DNA of 64,000 nucleotides from an uncultured delta proteobacterium (GTDB lineage Bacteria; Desulfobacterota; Binatia; DP-6): NCBI GenBank assembly GCA_963815115.1, contig CAWFFN010000012.1, positions 256,001 to 320,000 of the forward strand, read 5' to 3'. Shown piece by piece: positions 41,095 to 50,023 of this stretch (position 1 is its first letter; each line of letters starts with the position of its first letter). The notes under the pieces were generated by a model. It saw only the letters and a program-made list of their open reading frames with translations, ran no database searches and was not told where the DNA came from. The position numbers and the translations under genes were made by a program.

Positions 41095-41472
41095 TCAGCC
41101 GCGGCCGAACGGATCGTCGATCGCGAAGCGCCAGCTGCCGTCCGCCTGACGACGCACGACCTCGACGGACTGGCCGCCCGCCTCGACGCGTGCGCCGTCG
41201 GGATCGGTGTAGTGGCCGTTCCAGTTTCCGTAGAGCACCGCGAGGTCGTCGCCCGCGCGCAGCACCTGGGCGACCGTCAGGGTGAGCTGCGCCTTCTGGG
41301 CGATCAGGCCGCCCAGCGCCTCCCGGATCGCCGCCCGGCCCACGGACGGCTCGCCCGGGGCCATCAGCAGCGTGGCGCCGGGCTCGTAGAGATCGGCCAG
41401 CGCGTCGAGATCGCCAGCATTCAGATGGCGCTCGAACAACGCGTCGCACTCCTCGGGTGTGCGTGCAGGCAT
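41095..41472 (-). CDS. SnoaL/NTF2-like (YybH / DUF4440) protein
   Basis: 'LNAGDLDAL..LYEP.A', 'GRAAIR', 'EVVRRQADGSWRFAIDDPFG'; strong SD. Confidence 0.88.
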   Translation of the reverse strand: MPARTPEECDALFERHLNAGDLDALADLYEPGATLLMAPGEPSVGRAAIREALGGLIAQKAQLTLTVAQVLRAGDDLAVLYGNWNGHYTDPDGARVEAGGQSVEVVRRQADGSWRFAIDDPFGRG

Positions 41473-41737
41473 CGCGTTCCTCCTCCTCTCTGCGACGTTG
41501 GTAGCAGAGCCGACGTTCGCCGGCCACCACGGGTGGGATCGTGATCGTACGAACGGCCACCGCCGTCGTGGGCGCGCGCAACGCCTTGCAGCCCGGTCAG
41601 GCGCACGCGCAATCCGGTTGTAGATTCACCGCGGGATTCACGGCGGTTTCCGTTGACACGCCTTGCGGTACGTTTCCTGCTCTTGCCAGGGCGACTCGTT
41701 CCAGGATCGATCCGTTCGGCAGGGGGAGGGAGAACAC

Positions 41738-42979
41738 ATGCGGGCTCCTAGGGGTCGGGTCTGCCTCGTGCTCGCGGCAGCGCTGCTGTGCGTCGCCGCC
41801 GCAGCGCGGCGATCGGATGCAGGTCCGCCGCTCAGGCGTGACCTGAGCGCGTACCTGTTCTTCGGCCTGCGCAGCGCCGGGCTCAAGAACATGACCGTGA
41901 CCGGCGCCTGCAACTCCGGCGTCGACTGCGCGCAGCCGAATCCGAACAGCGACTGCGGAGTGATCACCCACGAAGACCCCGACTATGCCGACGGGAGCCA
42001 GATCGCCGGCGATCGCGCGCGCTTCACGACGGGCGGCGGGATCATCTTCCAGCTCTTCAGCAATTCGCCGACGGGGCTGGAGAACGTCTTCCTCAACTCG
42101 CCGCCGGTCGAGCCGCTGACCCCGCTGCCGATCCTCGGTGACGCGGACGCCGATGGCGTCCCGAGCTGCAGCATCGCCAGCGGCTCGTGTGCCATCGACA
42201 CGGGCGATCTGGCGGCCGCGTGCGGATTCGCCGTCCCGTTCCCGGCCTGCGATCCCTCCCGCCCGGTCACCGTCACCGCGCTCGGCGATTGCCCGTTCGA
42301 CGATCAGTCGCCGGGAAACCAGCGCTGTGACCTGCCGCCCGGCGTGTACGGCGCTCTCGAGGTCAAGGACAAGAGCCTGCTCACGTTCACCGGCGGCTCC
42401 TACGTCTTCTGCGACTTCCAGTTCGGCAAGGCGACCGAGACGCTGGCCGATGCCAGCACGATCATCGCCGTGAACGGCGCCGTGGCGATCAGCAACGACT
42501 CCAACTTCGGTCCCGCGGCCGGACAGAACTGCGGGCAGATCAAGGTGAACGTCGCCGGCCCCGGCGACTTCAGCTTCGGCCGCCAGGCCGCCATCAACGC
42601 CTACTTCTGCGCGCCCGAGCGCACCATGCTGCTCGGCCACGACAACAACCTCACCGGCCACTTCTTCGGGAACGTGATCAGCGCCGACTCGAACAACCGC
42701 GGCTTCTGCTGCCTGGCCGAGCCCAAAGCGCTGTGCTCGGGGTTCGACAGCTTCGTGCCGGTGACGGCCGGCGTGGGCGCGACGGTCACGCTGTTCTCGA
42801 CCTGCAGCCTTGCGCCGGTGACCGAGGTGCGCATCTGCGGGATCGCCGCACCGATCGTGTCGCAGGCCGACGACAAGCTCGAGGCGACCATCCCGGCGGG
42901 CGCGTCCGGTGCTTGCCAGGTCCAGGTGATCAGCCCGGCGGGAATCTTCACCGGCGCCGCCACCCTGACGGTGAGCTGA
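41738..42979 (+). CDS. Secreted Cys-rich protein with probable beta-solenoid and C-terminal IPT/TIG-like domain (paralogue A)
   Basis: Signal peptide, about 19 Cys, 'LPPGVYG', C-terminal 'VGATVTL..V.ICGI.A.IVS..L..TIP.GA.G..V.V.SP.G'. Confidence 0.75.
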   Translation: MRAPRGRVCLVLAAALLCVAAAARRSDAGPPLRRDLSAYLFFGLRSAGLKNMTVTGACNSGVDCAQPNPNSDCGVITHEDPDYADGSQIAGDRARFTTGGGIIFQLFSNSPTGLENVFLNSPPVEPLTPLPILGDADADGVPSCSIASGSCAIDTGDLAAACGFAVPFPACDPSRPVTVTALGDCPFDDQSPGNQRCDLPPGVYGALEVKDKSLLTFTGGSYVFCDFQFGKATETLADASTIIAVNGAVAISNDSNFGPAAGQNCGQIKVNVAGPGDFSFGRQAAINAYFCAPERTMLLGHDNNLTGHFFGNVISADSNNRGFCCLAEPKALCSGFDSFVPVTAGVGATVTLFSTCSLAPVTEVRICGIAAPIVSQADDKLEATIPAGASGACQVQVISPAGIFTGAATLTVS

Positions 42980-43007
42980 CGTGGCAACCCGGAAGGAGAG
43001 TCGCGTG

Positions 43008-44213
43008 ATGCCCTCCCACCAGTCCGTCGTGAGGTGGTCCGTTGCGCTGGCCGTCACCGCGGCGCTCCTCGCCGTCGTGCCGAGCGCGTCGGCGCAGCCG
43101 CTCCGGCGCGATCTGTCGTCGTACCTGCTCCTCACCATGAAGCGGGCGTCGCTCAAGAACCTGCGCATCGGCAGCCCGTGCAACGTCGGCGTGAACTGCG
43201 GCTCGCCGACGCCCAAGTCGAAGTGCGGCGTGCTCGCGCTCGGCAACGTCACCGGCGTCGACGGCGGTCAGGTGGTGGGCGACCAGGTCTTCCTGCGCAG
43301 GCCGGGCAGCAAGCTCTGGGAGCTCTTCCGCAACAACGACTCGCCGCTCGACAACGTCCAGCTGGTCGCGCCCGCGCCCAACCCGCAGTCGTTCGTGCCG
43401 CCGGTCGTCCCGGGGACGTGCGACGACACGTGCACGCCGAACTACGCCGAGATGGAGAGGGCCTGCGGCTTCCCCGATCCCTTCCCGGCGTGCGATCCGA
43501 CCAAGGACGTGAAGGTCGTGCGCGGCGGCGACTGCGCGCCGTTCGACACCGTGCCCGGCAACCAGCAGTGCGACCTGCCGGTGGGCGCCTACGGACGGCT
43601 CGCGATGGAGGACGGCTCCCGGCTGAACCTCGAGCCCGGCGTCTACGTGACGTGTCTCTTCAAGGCCGGCCAGGACACCACCACGACCGCACACGGCACC
43701 ACCATCTTGATCCCCGGCGACGCGCCGGCGAAGAGCGCACTGCGGGTGAACAACGGCTCCAACCTGGGAGCGGACTGCGGCGACCTGCGCTTCCTGATCG
43801 GCGGCGTCACCAAGATCGCGTTCGGGCGCGGGGGGCTGGTCGCGGCGGAGGTGTGCGCGCCGCAGTCGAAGATCTCGCTCGGGCACAACAACATCCTGAT
43901 CGGACAGTTCGTGGCCGACTCCGTCAGCGCCGACCTGAACAACTTCGGCCGCTGCTGCGGAGGGACGTGCGCCTGCTACAACGAGCTCACGCCCTCGAGC
44001 GCGCATCCGGGCACCGTCGTGACGGGCACGAGCAACTGCGACCTCACCGCCCTCACCGGGGTCTCCGTGTGCGGCATCCCCGCCAACGTCGTCTCGGTGA
44101 CGCCGACCGAGGTGCGATTCGAGGTCCCGCCGGGTGCGAGCGGCGCGTGCCCGGTCGAGTTCGTCAGCCCGGCGGGCACCTTCGTCGGCAACATCACCCT
44201 GACGGTGGGCTGA
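43008..44213 (+). CDS. Secreted Cys-rich protein (paralogue B)
   Basis: Colinear with paralogue A ('LRRDLS.YL', 'CGF..PFPACDP', 'PGNQ.CDLP', 'CAP', 'SAD.NN.G.CC'); SD AAGGAG. Confidence 0.75.
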   Translation: MPSHQSVVRWSVALAVTAALLAVVPSASAQPLRRDLSSYLLLTMKRASLKNLRIGSPCNVGVNCGSPTPKSKCGVLALGNVTGVDGGQVVGDQVFLRRPGSKLWELFRNNDSPLDNVQLVAPAPNPQSFVPPVVPGTCDDTCTPNYAEMERACGFPDPFPACDPTKDVKVVRGGDCAPFDTVPGNQQCDLPVGAYGRLAMEDGSRLNLEPGVYVTCLFKAGQDTTTTAHGTTILIPGDAPAKSALRVNNGSNLGADCGDLRFLIGGVTKIAFGRGGLVAAEVCAPQSKISLGHNNILIGQFVADSVSADLNNFGRCCGGTCACYNELTPSSAHPGTVVTGTSNCDLTALTGVSVCGIPANVVSVTPTEVRFEVPPGASGACPVEFVSPAGTFVGNITLTVG

Positions 44214-44319
44214 GACTTCCTTCCCGCCGCGGCGCGATTGGCCGAACGGCGCTCGCGTGCGCGGGTCGGACCGGCAGCACCGTCGGCGTTGGCGGTCCGC
44301 CGGGGCCCAGGGATGCCGC

Positions 44320-44348
44320 TTGTGACCTGATGACCATCATGTCATCTT
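44320..44348 (+). promoter_or_regulatory. TA operon promoter/operator
   Basis: GATGAC-CATCAT-GTCATC inverted repeat (44329-44346) between TTGTGA and CATCTT (17-bp spacing). Confidence 0.55.
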
Positions 44349-44355
44349 GACCAAC

Positions 44356-44658
44356 ATGGCGAGGACCCCGACGGCGAAGGCGCTCAGCGTCGCAGAGGCG
44401 AAGCGGCGGTTCTCCGACGTGCTCGGCGCCGTGAAGCACAGGGGGGAGCGCGTGGTCGTGGAACGCCGCGGCCGGCCGATCGCGGCCATCGTGCCGCTCG
44501 ACGACCTCGCGCGGCTCGAAGGCGATGTTCAGCGCGGCTTCCTCGCCCTGGTGGGAGCCTTCGGCGATGTCCCCGCGTTCCCTCGGGTTCTCGATGACAT
44601 CGTCCGGACCCGGCGGCTGCAGCGCAGCCGCCCGGCGCCGAAGCTGGGTAGACGGTGA
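44356..44658 (+). CDS. vapB: Phd/YefM family antitoxin
   Basis: 'SVAEAKRRFSDVL..V..GERVVVERRGRPIAAIVP'. Confidence 0.9.
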   Translation: MARTPTAKALSVAEAKRRFSDVLGAVKHRGERVVVERRGRPIAAIVPLDDLARLEGDVQRGFLALVGAFGDVPAFPRVLDDIVRTRRLQRSRPAPKLGRR

Positions 44659-45056
44659 TCGTGCTCGACACGGACGCGGTGAGCGAGCTCATGCGTCCAC
44701 GTCCTTCGGCGCGCCTGGTCAGCCGTCTCGAGCGATGGTCTCCGGCCGAGCAGGCCACGACGGCGATCACCCTCGGTGAGATCGCCTATGGCGCCCGCCG
44801 GGCCGAACGGCCCTCGCTGTACGACCGCGCGATCGGCCTGCTGGGCGGGGTGCGGATCCTGGACTTCGATCGAGCGGCCGCCGAGCGCTACGGCGAGATC
44901 CGGACTGCGCTCGAACGGGCAGGTGTGCGGCTGGCCGATCCGGACCTCCGGATCGCGGCCATCGCCGTGGCCTCCGATGGCCTGCTCGTCACCGGGAATC
45001 TCCGGCACTTTGCGCGAGTTCCGGGCCTGCGGGCCGAGGACTGGGTTCACGGCTGA
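44655..45056 (+). CDS. vapC: VapC / PIN-domain toxin
   Basis: 'IVLDTDAVSE', 'TLGEI', 'DLRIAAIA', 'LVTGNLRHF'; GTGA overlap with antitoxin. Confidence 0.92.
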   Translation: MIVLDTDAVSELMRPRPSARLVSRLERWSPAEQATTAITLGEIAYGARRAERPSLYDRAIGLLGGVRILDFDRAAAERYGEIRTALERAGVRLADPDLRIAAIAVASDGLLVTGNLRHFARVPGLRAEDWVHG

Positions 45057-45087
45057 GCAACCGCGGCAGCCGAGCGGATCTCCGGAT

Positions 45088-45112
45088 TCGAGCACACGTC
45101 CCGTGTGCTCGA
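45088..45112. terminator. Perfect 11-bp hairpin after vapC
   Basis: TCGAGCACACG-TCC-CGTGTGCTCGA; no U-tract. Confidence 0.45.
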
Positions 45113-45247
45113 CGAGGTCAGGGTATGACCGGGAGCTGCCAAGGGGATCAGGCTTGACTGTCGCGATCGGTCCGTCTATCGCGTCGCTTCGGGTCGTGAG
45201 GGCGCTCAGCCCTATGCCGGTCATCTCGGTCGAGAGGAGCGGAACCC

Positions 45248-46117
45248 ATGGCGCAGACGCCTGATGCCCTGGTGCTCGACGTGCTGGCTTCCTACGAAGC
45301 CGAGCTTGGCGAGCGTGAGGTCACGTATGGAAAGGTCGTCGTCCTGTCGCTGGGCGGGCGCATCCGCGGGGAAGAGCCGGTTCCCCAAGGTTCGGTCGTC
45401 GCGTACGTGGCACGCCGTGGAAATCCCGTGCTCCGCACGCTCGTCGCCGCCGCGCGAAAGGGCGACGTGCGGACGATCGCCAAGATTCATACGGACGCGG
45501 GCCGGCGCATCGCCCAGCGTGTGACGGCGCCCTCTCCGAGGCCCAGGCCGCTGGCAGCGGTTCCGGTGCTCGCCGAGCTGCGCTACCGCAGCAAGACGAT
45601 CGCGCGCGCCGTGATGCCGGATGGTCCCTCGGGCGTCGCCATCCGGATCTTTCCCTACAATGGCGGCAAGCTCTACGACGCGGATTTCCGTCTGGCGCAG
45701 TTCAAGCGCGGCGCGAGCGCCGGCGACCTCGAAGCGGTGCTGCTCAAGCGCGGCCCCCAGCTTTCCGCCCTCGAGCGCAGGGTGTTGGCGCAGGTGAGCG
45801 GCGACGCCACGGAAAACAACATCTCCGCCGAGCTGGCGTTCGTCGGCGCCATCGTCAACGCGATCGTCAACGCCGGCAAGGCCGTCTACGCCGCGACCAA
45901 GGCAGCCGTGAACTGGGCCGTCGATCACAAGGTCGGGTTGCTCTTCGCCGCGCAGGTCGTCACCTGGGCCGTGAGCGTCTTTCCGAAATTCTCGACGATT
46001 GCGCGGCAACCCGGAATCTCGGGCGCCGCGGGGCGAGTCCGCCGTGGAGCGTCGGCGCACGAGCTGCTCAAGGCTCGTCGGGAAGCGCTGCTGGGCGAGC
46101 TGAACCGGCGCGCCTGA
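45248..46117 (+). CDS. Putative RiPP/bacteriocin precursor: long leader, hydrophobic amphipathic core, follower
   Basis: SD GAGGAG; residues ~198-246 FVGAIVNAIVNAGKAVYAATKAAVNWAVDHKVGLLFAAQVVTWAVSVFP; first gene of an operon with SdpA-like and HTTM genes. Confidence 0.6.
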   Translation: MAQTPDALVLDVLASYEAELGEREVTYGKVVVLSLGGRIRGEEPVPQGSVVAYVARRGNPVLRTLVAAARKGDVRTIAKIHTDAGRRIAQRVTAPSPRPRPLAAVPVLAELRYRSKTIARAVMPDGPSGVAIRIFPYNGGKLYDADFRLAQFKRGASAGDLEAVLLKRGPQLSALERRVLAQVSGDATENNISAELAFVGAIVNAIVNAGKAVYAATKAAVNWAVDHKVGLLFAAQVVTWAVSVFPKFSTIARQPGISGAAGRVRRGASAHELLKARREALLGELNRRA

Positions 46118-46123
46118 CCGGGG

Positions 46124-46780
46124 GTGGCGACCCACGCTGTCGCGCTCGTGTTCGCCCTCTGGTTCGGCGCGTCCGTGCTGAACCAGCTCGAGGCGACCGG
46201 GTATGCCCCGGCCAAGCGCCTGGCTCTCCTCGTCAAGTCGCTCGATCTCTTCTCGCTCATTCCGACCTGGAACTTCTTCGCTCCGAACCCCGGGACGAAC
46301 GACTACCACCTGCTCTATCGGGAGCGGCTGGATGCCGGCGGGTACGGCGTCTGGAGAGAGGTCCCCTTCCCGAAGCAGTCGGGTCTCCTCAAGGCCGTGT
46401 GGAACCCCCGCAAGCGCCGGGCCAAGGTCCTGTCGGACGTCGTGATCAGCCTCGGAAGCGCCGTCGCCGAGGCCCGCCTGACGGCTCTCGGGCGGCTCGC
46501 GCCTCGGGCCGATGCAGACACCGGAGCCGGGAGCCGAGGGCAGGACGCCGGCGATCGGCGGCGAGACTACGAAGCTCGCCTCTCCCGGCTGATCTCCGAA
46601 GAGCTCCGGCCGCTCAAGCTCTCGATTCCCTACCTGATCGTGCTGAACTATCTGAACGGGCTGCCGCACTCGCCGTTCAGCGACTCGATCCAGTTTCTCT
46701 TCGCGCAGACGGCCGGTTTCGATCCCCATGCCGAGCCCGAGATCCTCTACGTCTCCGAGCCGCACGAGCTCGCATCCTAG
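46124..46780 (+). CDS. SdpA / LinL-like membrane-anchored protein
   Basis: N-terminal TM, 'LIPTWNFFAPNP', 'WNPRKR..K'; directly precedes an HTTM gene. Confidence 0.65.
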   Translation: MATHAVALVFALWFGASVLNQLEATGYAPAKRLALLVKSLDLFSLIPTWNFFAPNPGTNDYHLLYRERLDAGGYGVWREVPFPKQSGLLKAVWNPRKRRAKVLSDVVISLGSAVAEARLTALGRLAPRADADTGAGSRGQDAGDRRRDYEARLSRLISEELRPLKLSIPYLIVLNYLNGLPHSPFSDSIQFLFAQTAGFDPHAEPEILYVSEPHELAS

Positions 46781-46783
46781 ATC

Positions 46784-47602
46784 ATGAATGCGGTCACGGC
46801 GCTGCGCTTCTGTAACGGCCTCGTGCTGGTGGGCGTCGTGCTGACGGCGCTCGAGACGCTGGTCTCACGGCGCGACTATGCGCGCGGGCAGATGCTCGAC
46901 TGGGAGGTGCTGAAGCATTCCTGGGGGTTTGCTCTGCGGCCTCCGCTCGGCCCCTTGCTCGACCGGGTTCTCGGCTATCCGGGCTTCATCCTCCTGGTCG
47001 GGGTTCAGCTGCTCGCGAGCGCGGCAGCGCTCTGGATGCTGCTGCACGGCGGCTGGCCGAGGGGACTCAACTGGGTGGTGTTCGGGCTCGTGCTGCTGTT
47101 CAATTTTCGCAGCGGGTACGGTCTGGACGGCGCCGATCAGATGACGGGCAACGTGCTCGGCGCGCTCTGTCTGGCGGGACTCCTGCCGCAAGATCCGGTC
47201 GCACTCGGGGCCGCCCTCTGGTTTCTCGGGCTGCAGGCGACGCTCTCCTATCTCACCGCCGGGCTCTACAAGATCGCAGGCAAGGACTGGCGCAGCGGCA
47301 CGGGCCTGCTCGGTGTGATCAGCACTCGGAGCTATGGGAGCCCTCGACTCTCGGCGTACCTCGAGAGACATCCGAGCCAGGCGCTGGCGGCGGCCTGGAG
47401 CGTCATCGCCTTCGAATCGCTTTTCCCGCTCGCCATCCTTGCCGGCCCGAAGTGCGCGCTCGTCTTGCTGGGAATCGGCGTCGCGTTTCACCTCGGCAAT
47501 GCCGCCGTCATGGGTCTGAACAACTTCGTGTGGGCCTTCACGGCCACCTACCCGGCGGTGCACTACTGCGCCGAACGCATGCAGACGCTGCTTCGCGGCT
47601 AG
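46784..47602 (+). CDS. HTTM-domain membrane protein (SdpB / LinH / VKGC-like)
   Basis: About 7 TMs; 'YGLDGADQM', 'LQATLSYLTAGLYK....WRSG', 'FESLFP', 'FHLGNAAVMGLNNF'. Confidence 0.8.
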   Translation: MNAVTALRFCNGLVLVGVVLTALETLVSRRDYARGQMLDWEVLKHSWGFALRPPLGPLLDRVLGYPGFILLVGVQLLASAAALWMLLHGGWPRGLNWVVFGLVLLFNFRSGYGLDGADQMTGNVLGALCLAGLLPQDPVALGAALWFLGLQATLSYLTAGLYKIAGKDWRSGTGLLGVISTRSYGSPRLSAYLERHPSQALAAAWSVIAFESLFPLAILAGPKCALVLLGIGVAFHLGNAAVMGLNNFVWAFTATYPAVHYCAERMQTLLRG

Positions 47603-47648
47603 GGACGGCGGGCTGGACGCCGGCCTGCTCGCGGGCGTCGAGCGACGG

Positions 47649-48500
47649 CTAGCCGGCGCGCGCCAGCTCCCACACCAGCGCTTCCGGCAGCCCCAGGAGC
47701 GCGTGCCGGAAGATGTCCGGCGCGAGGGGCATCAGACCGCCCGAAGCCATCGCGACCGCCTTCTCATCCAGGCGTGGCTCGAGGCACCGCCGGACGGTGA
47801 GGCCGGCGGCCGTGAAGGCCGCGAAGTAGTCCTCGTGCCGGTGCGCGTAGCTGTGCACGTGGCCCGCCCGGCCGTCCGCGTCGATGAAGAACGCGCTGCC
47901 GCCGATCATGAGCTGCAGCGGGTGGAAGTCCGAGATCACGAGCCGCCCGCCGGGGCGCACCACCCGCGCCAGCTCGGCGACCGGGGGGCCGAGGTCCTCG
48001 CAATGGGTGAGCGCGAGCGAGCACACCGCGAGATCCACGCTCGCCGTCTCGAGCGGCAGATCGGTGAGGTTGCCGATGCGCAGATCGGCATCCGGCAGCG
48101 CCTCGCGGGCGACGTCGAGCATCGCCGCGCTGGCGTCGACGCCGACGACGCGGTGGCCGCGGGCGTGCAGGTAGCGCGCGTGGCGGCCGGTGCCGCAGGC
48201 CGCGTCGAGCGCGCTTCCGGGCGGCAGCGCGTCGATGAGCGACCGCACGGCGGGCTGCTCGACGCGGATCAGGGGATTGGCGGCGGTGTCGTAGGCTCGC
48301 GCCCAGCGCGCGTAGCCCGACTGCACCTCCTCGCCCGGCACGTCGAGCCGCATCGCGAGCGGCGGCGCGTCGGGATGTGCCAGGAAGCCTGCCAGCTCGT
48401 CGAAGCGCGCGGCCGCGACGTCCGGCGCCCCGAGCCAGTTCCGCAGGATGGACAGTCCGGCCATCCCGACGAGGAAGTTTCCGACGCTCGCCTGCCCCAT
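47649..48500 (-). CDS. Class I SAM-dependent methyltransferase
   Basis: 'ALDAACGTG', 'VGVDAS..ML', 'ARVVRPGG.LVISDFHP'. Confidence 0.9.
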   Translation of the reverse strand: MGQASVGNFLVGMAGLSILRNWLGAPDVAAARFDELAGFLAHPDAPPLAMRLDVPGEEVQSGYARWARAYDTAANPLIRVEQPAVRSLIDALPPGSALDAACGTGRHARYLHARGHRVVGVDASAAMLDVAREALPDADLRIGNLTDLPLETASVDLAVCSLALTHCEDLGPPVAELARVVRPGGRLVISDFHPLQLMIGGSAFFIDADGRAGHVHSYAHRHEDYFAAFTAAGLTVRRCLEPRLDEKAVAMASGGLMPLAPDIFRHALLGLPEALVWELARAG

Positions 48501-48595
48501 GTCGCTGTGTCGCACGCCCGAGGAATCGTCTCAAGGCGCTGGCATCGACGAGAAAGTGCGTTGACAGGAACCCGTGGCGGGCGGATTGGAGGCTG

Positions 48596-50023
48596 GTGCG
48601 CATCCTGCTCCTCGCCATGCCGGACACGGCATCGTCGCTGGATGCCGTGATGAAGTTCCCGAACCTCGGGCTGTGCTCGCTCGCGGCCCAGGTGCCCGAG
48701 CACGACGTGCGCATTCTCGACCTCGTCCTGCGGCCGCGTGGCGTGCGCGCGCGCGTCCTCGACGAGCTGCGGCGCTTCCAGCCCGACCTGGTCGGCTACT
48801 CGGCCATGTCGTTCCAGTACGAGACCGCGCGGACGCTGGCCGCCGCGGTGCGCGCCGCGGCGCCGCACGCCGTGCACGTGCTGGGCGGCTACCACGCCAC
48901 GGTGGTCGCCGACGAGGTCGCGGCTCGCGACGGCGATCGCTTCGATTTCGTCGTGCGCGGCGAGGGCGAGATCGCGTTCCGCCAGCTGGTGGACGGGCTG
49001 GCGGGCGCGACGCTCGATCCGGAGCGGATTCCCGGGCTGTCGTGGCGGAGCCCGGCCGGCTGGCGTCACAACCCCGACGGAGCGCTCCTCGCGCTCGATT
49101 CGCTGCCGCTGCCGCGGCGCGAGGCCCGCACGCTCGACGGAGCCTTCTACTTCGACCGCAGCTTCGACGTCGCGGAGACCTCGCGCGGCTGCCCGCTCCC
49201 GTGCACCTTCTGCTCGATCCGCCGCATGTACGGGCGCACCTTCCGGCGCTTTCCTCTCCCGCGCGTCCTCGCCGACCTGCGCGTCCTCGACCGCCGCGGC
49301 GTGCGCGGCGTCTTCTTCGTGGACGACAACATCACGATCGACGTGTCGCGGTTCAAGGAGCTGTGCGAGGAGATCGCCGCCGCCGGGCTGTCACACCTGC
49401 GCTACATCGTGCAGGCGTCGGTACACGGCATCGCCAAGGATCCGACCCTGGCGCCCGCGATGGCACGCGCCGGCTTCGACACCGTCTTCATGGGCATCGA
49501 GAACGCCGAGGATGCCAACGTCGAGGCCCTCGACATCGCCCCGAAGCGCGGCCGGCGCGAGGACGAGACGCCACGCGCCGTGCGCCTGCTGCAGGACAGC
49601 GGCATCAAGGCCGTGGGCGGCTTCATCGTGGGCAATCCCGGCGACGACCGGGCGGCGATCGCGCGCACCTTCCGCTATGCCAGCCGGCTCGGCCTCGACT
49701 TCCCGATCGTGCAGGCCCTCACGCCCTATCCCCGGACCGAGATGCGGGACGCGCTGGTGGCGGAAGGGCTGGTGACCAACCCGGACGACCTGACGCGCTA
49801 CAACGGCTACATGGTGAACGTGCGCACGCGGCATCTCTCGAGCGCGGCGATCGCGCGCGCCATGGTCTGGGAAGGCGCGAAGCTCTACCTGGACCCGCGC
49901 GCCGCGCTCCGGAGCCGCTTCGTGCGCGACTACCCCGCCTTTCGTGGCGCCATGCTGCGCAACAACCTCGCGCTCTTCGGCGGGCTGCGGAACCGGATGT
50001 TCCACTCGACGCACACGCTGTGA
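48596..50023 (+). CDS. B12-binding radical SAM protein
   Basis: B12 domain 'PNLGLCSLA..VLGGYHAT..VRGEGE', 'SRGCPLPCTFC' (CxxxCxxC), 'FVDDN', 'TPYP.T'; SD GGAGG. Confidence 0.92.
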   Translation: MRILLLAMPDTASSLDAVMKFPNLGLCSLAAQVPEHDVRILDLVLRPRGVRARVLDELRRFQPDLVGYSAMSFQYETARTLAAAVRAAAPHAVHVLGGYHATVVADEVAARDGDRFDFVVRGEGEIAFRQLVDGLAGATLDPERIPGLSWRSPAGWRHNPDGALLALDSLPLPRREARTLDGAFYFDRSFDVAETSRGCPLPCTFCSIRRMYGRTFRRFPLPRVLADLRVLDRRGVRGVFFVDDNITIDVSRFKELCEEIAAAGLSHLRYIVQASVHGIAKDPTLAPAMARAGFDTVFMGIENAEDANVEALDIAPKRGRREDETPRAVRLLQDSGIKAVGGFIVGNPGDDRAAIARTFRYASRLGLDFPIVQALTPYPRTEMRDALVAEGLVTNPDDLTRYNGYMVNVRTRHLSSAAIARAMVWEGAKLYLDPRAALRSRFVRDYPAFRGAMLRNNLALFGGLRNRMFHSTHTL

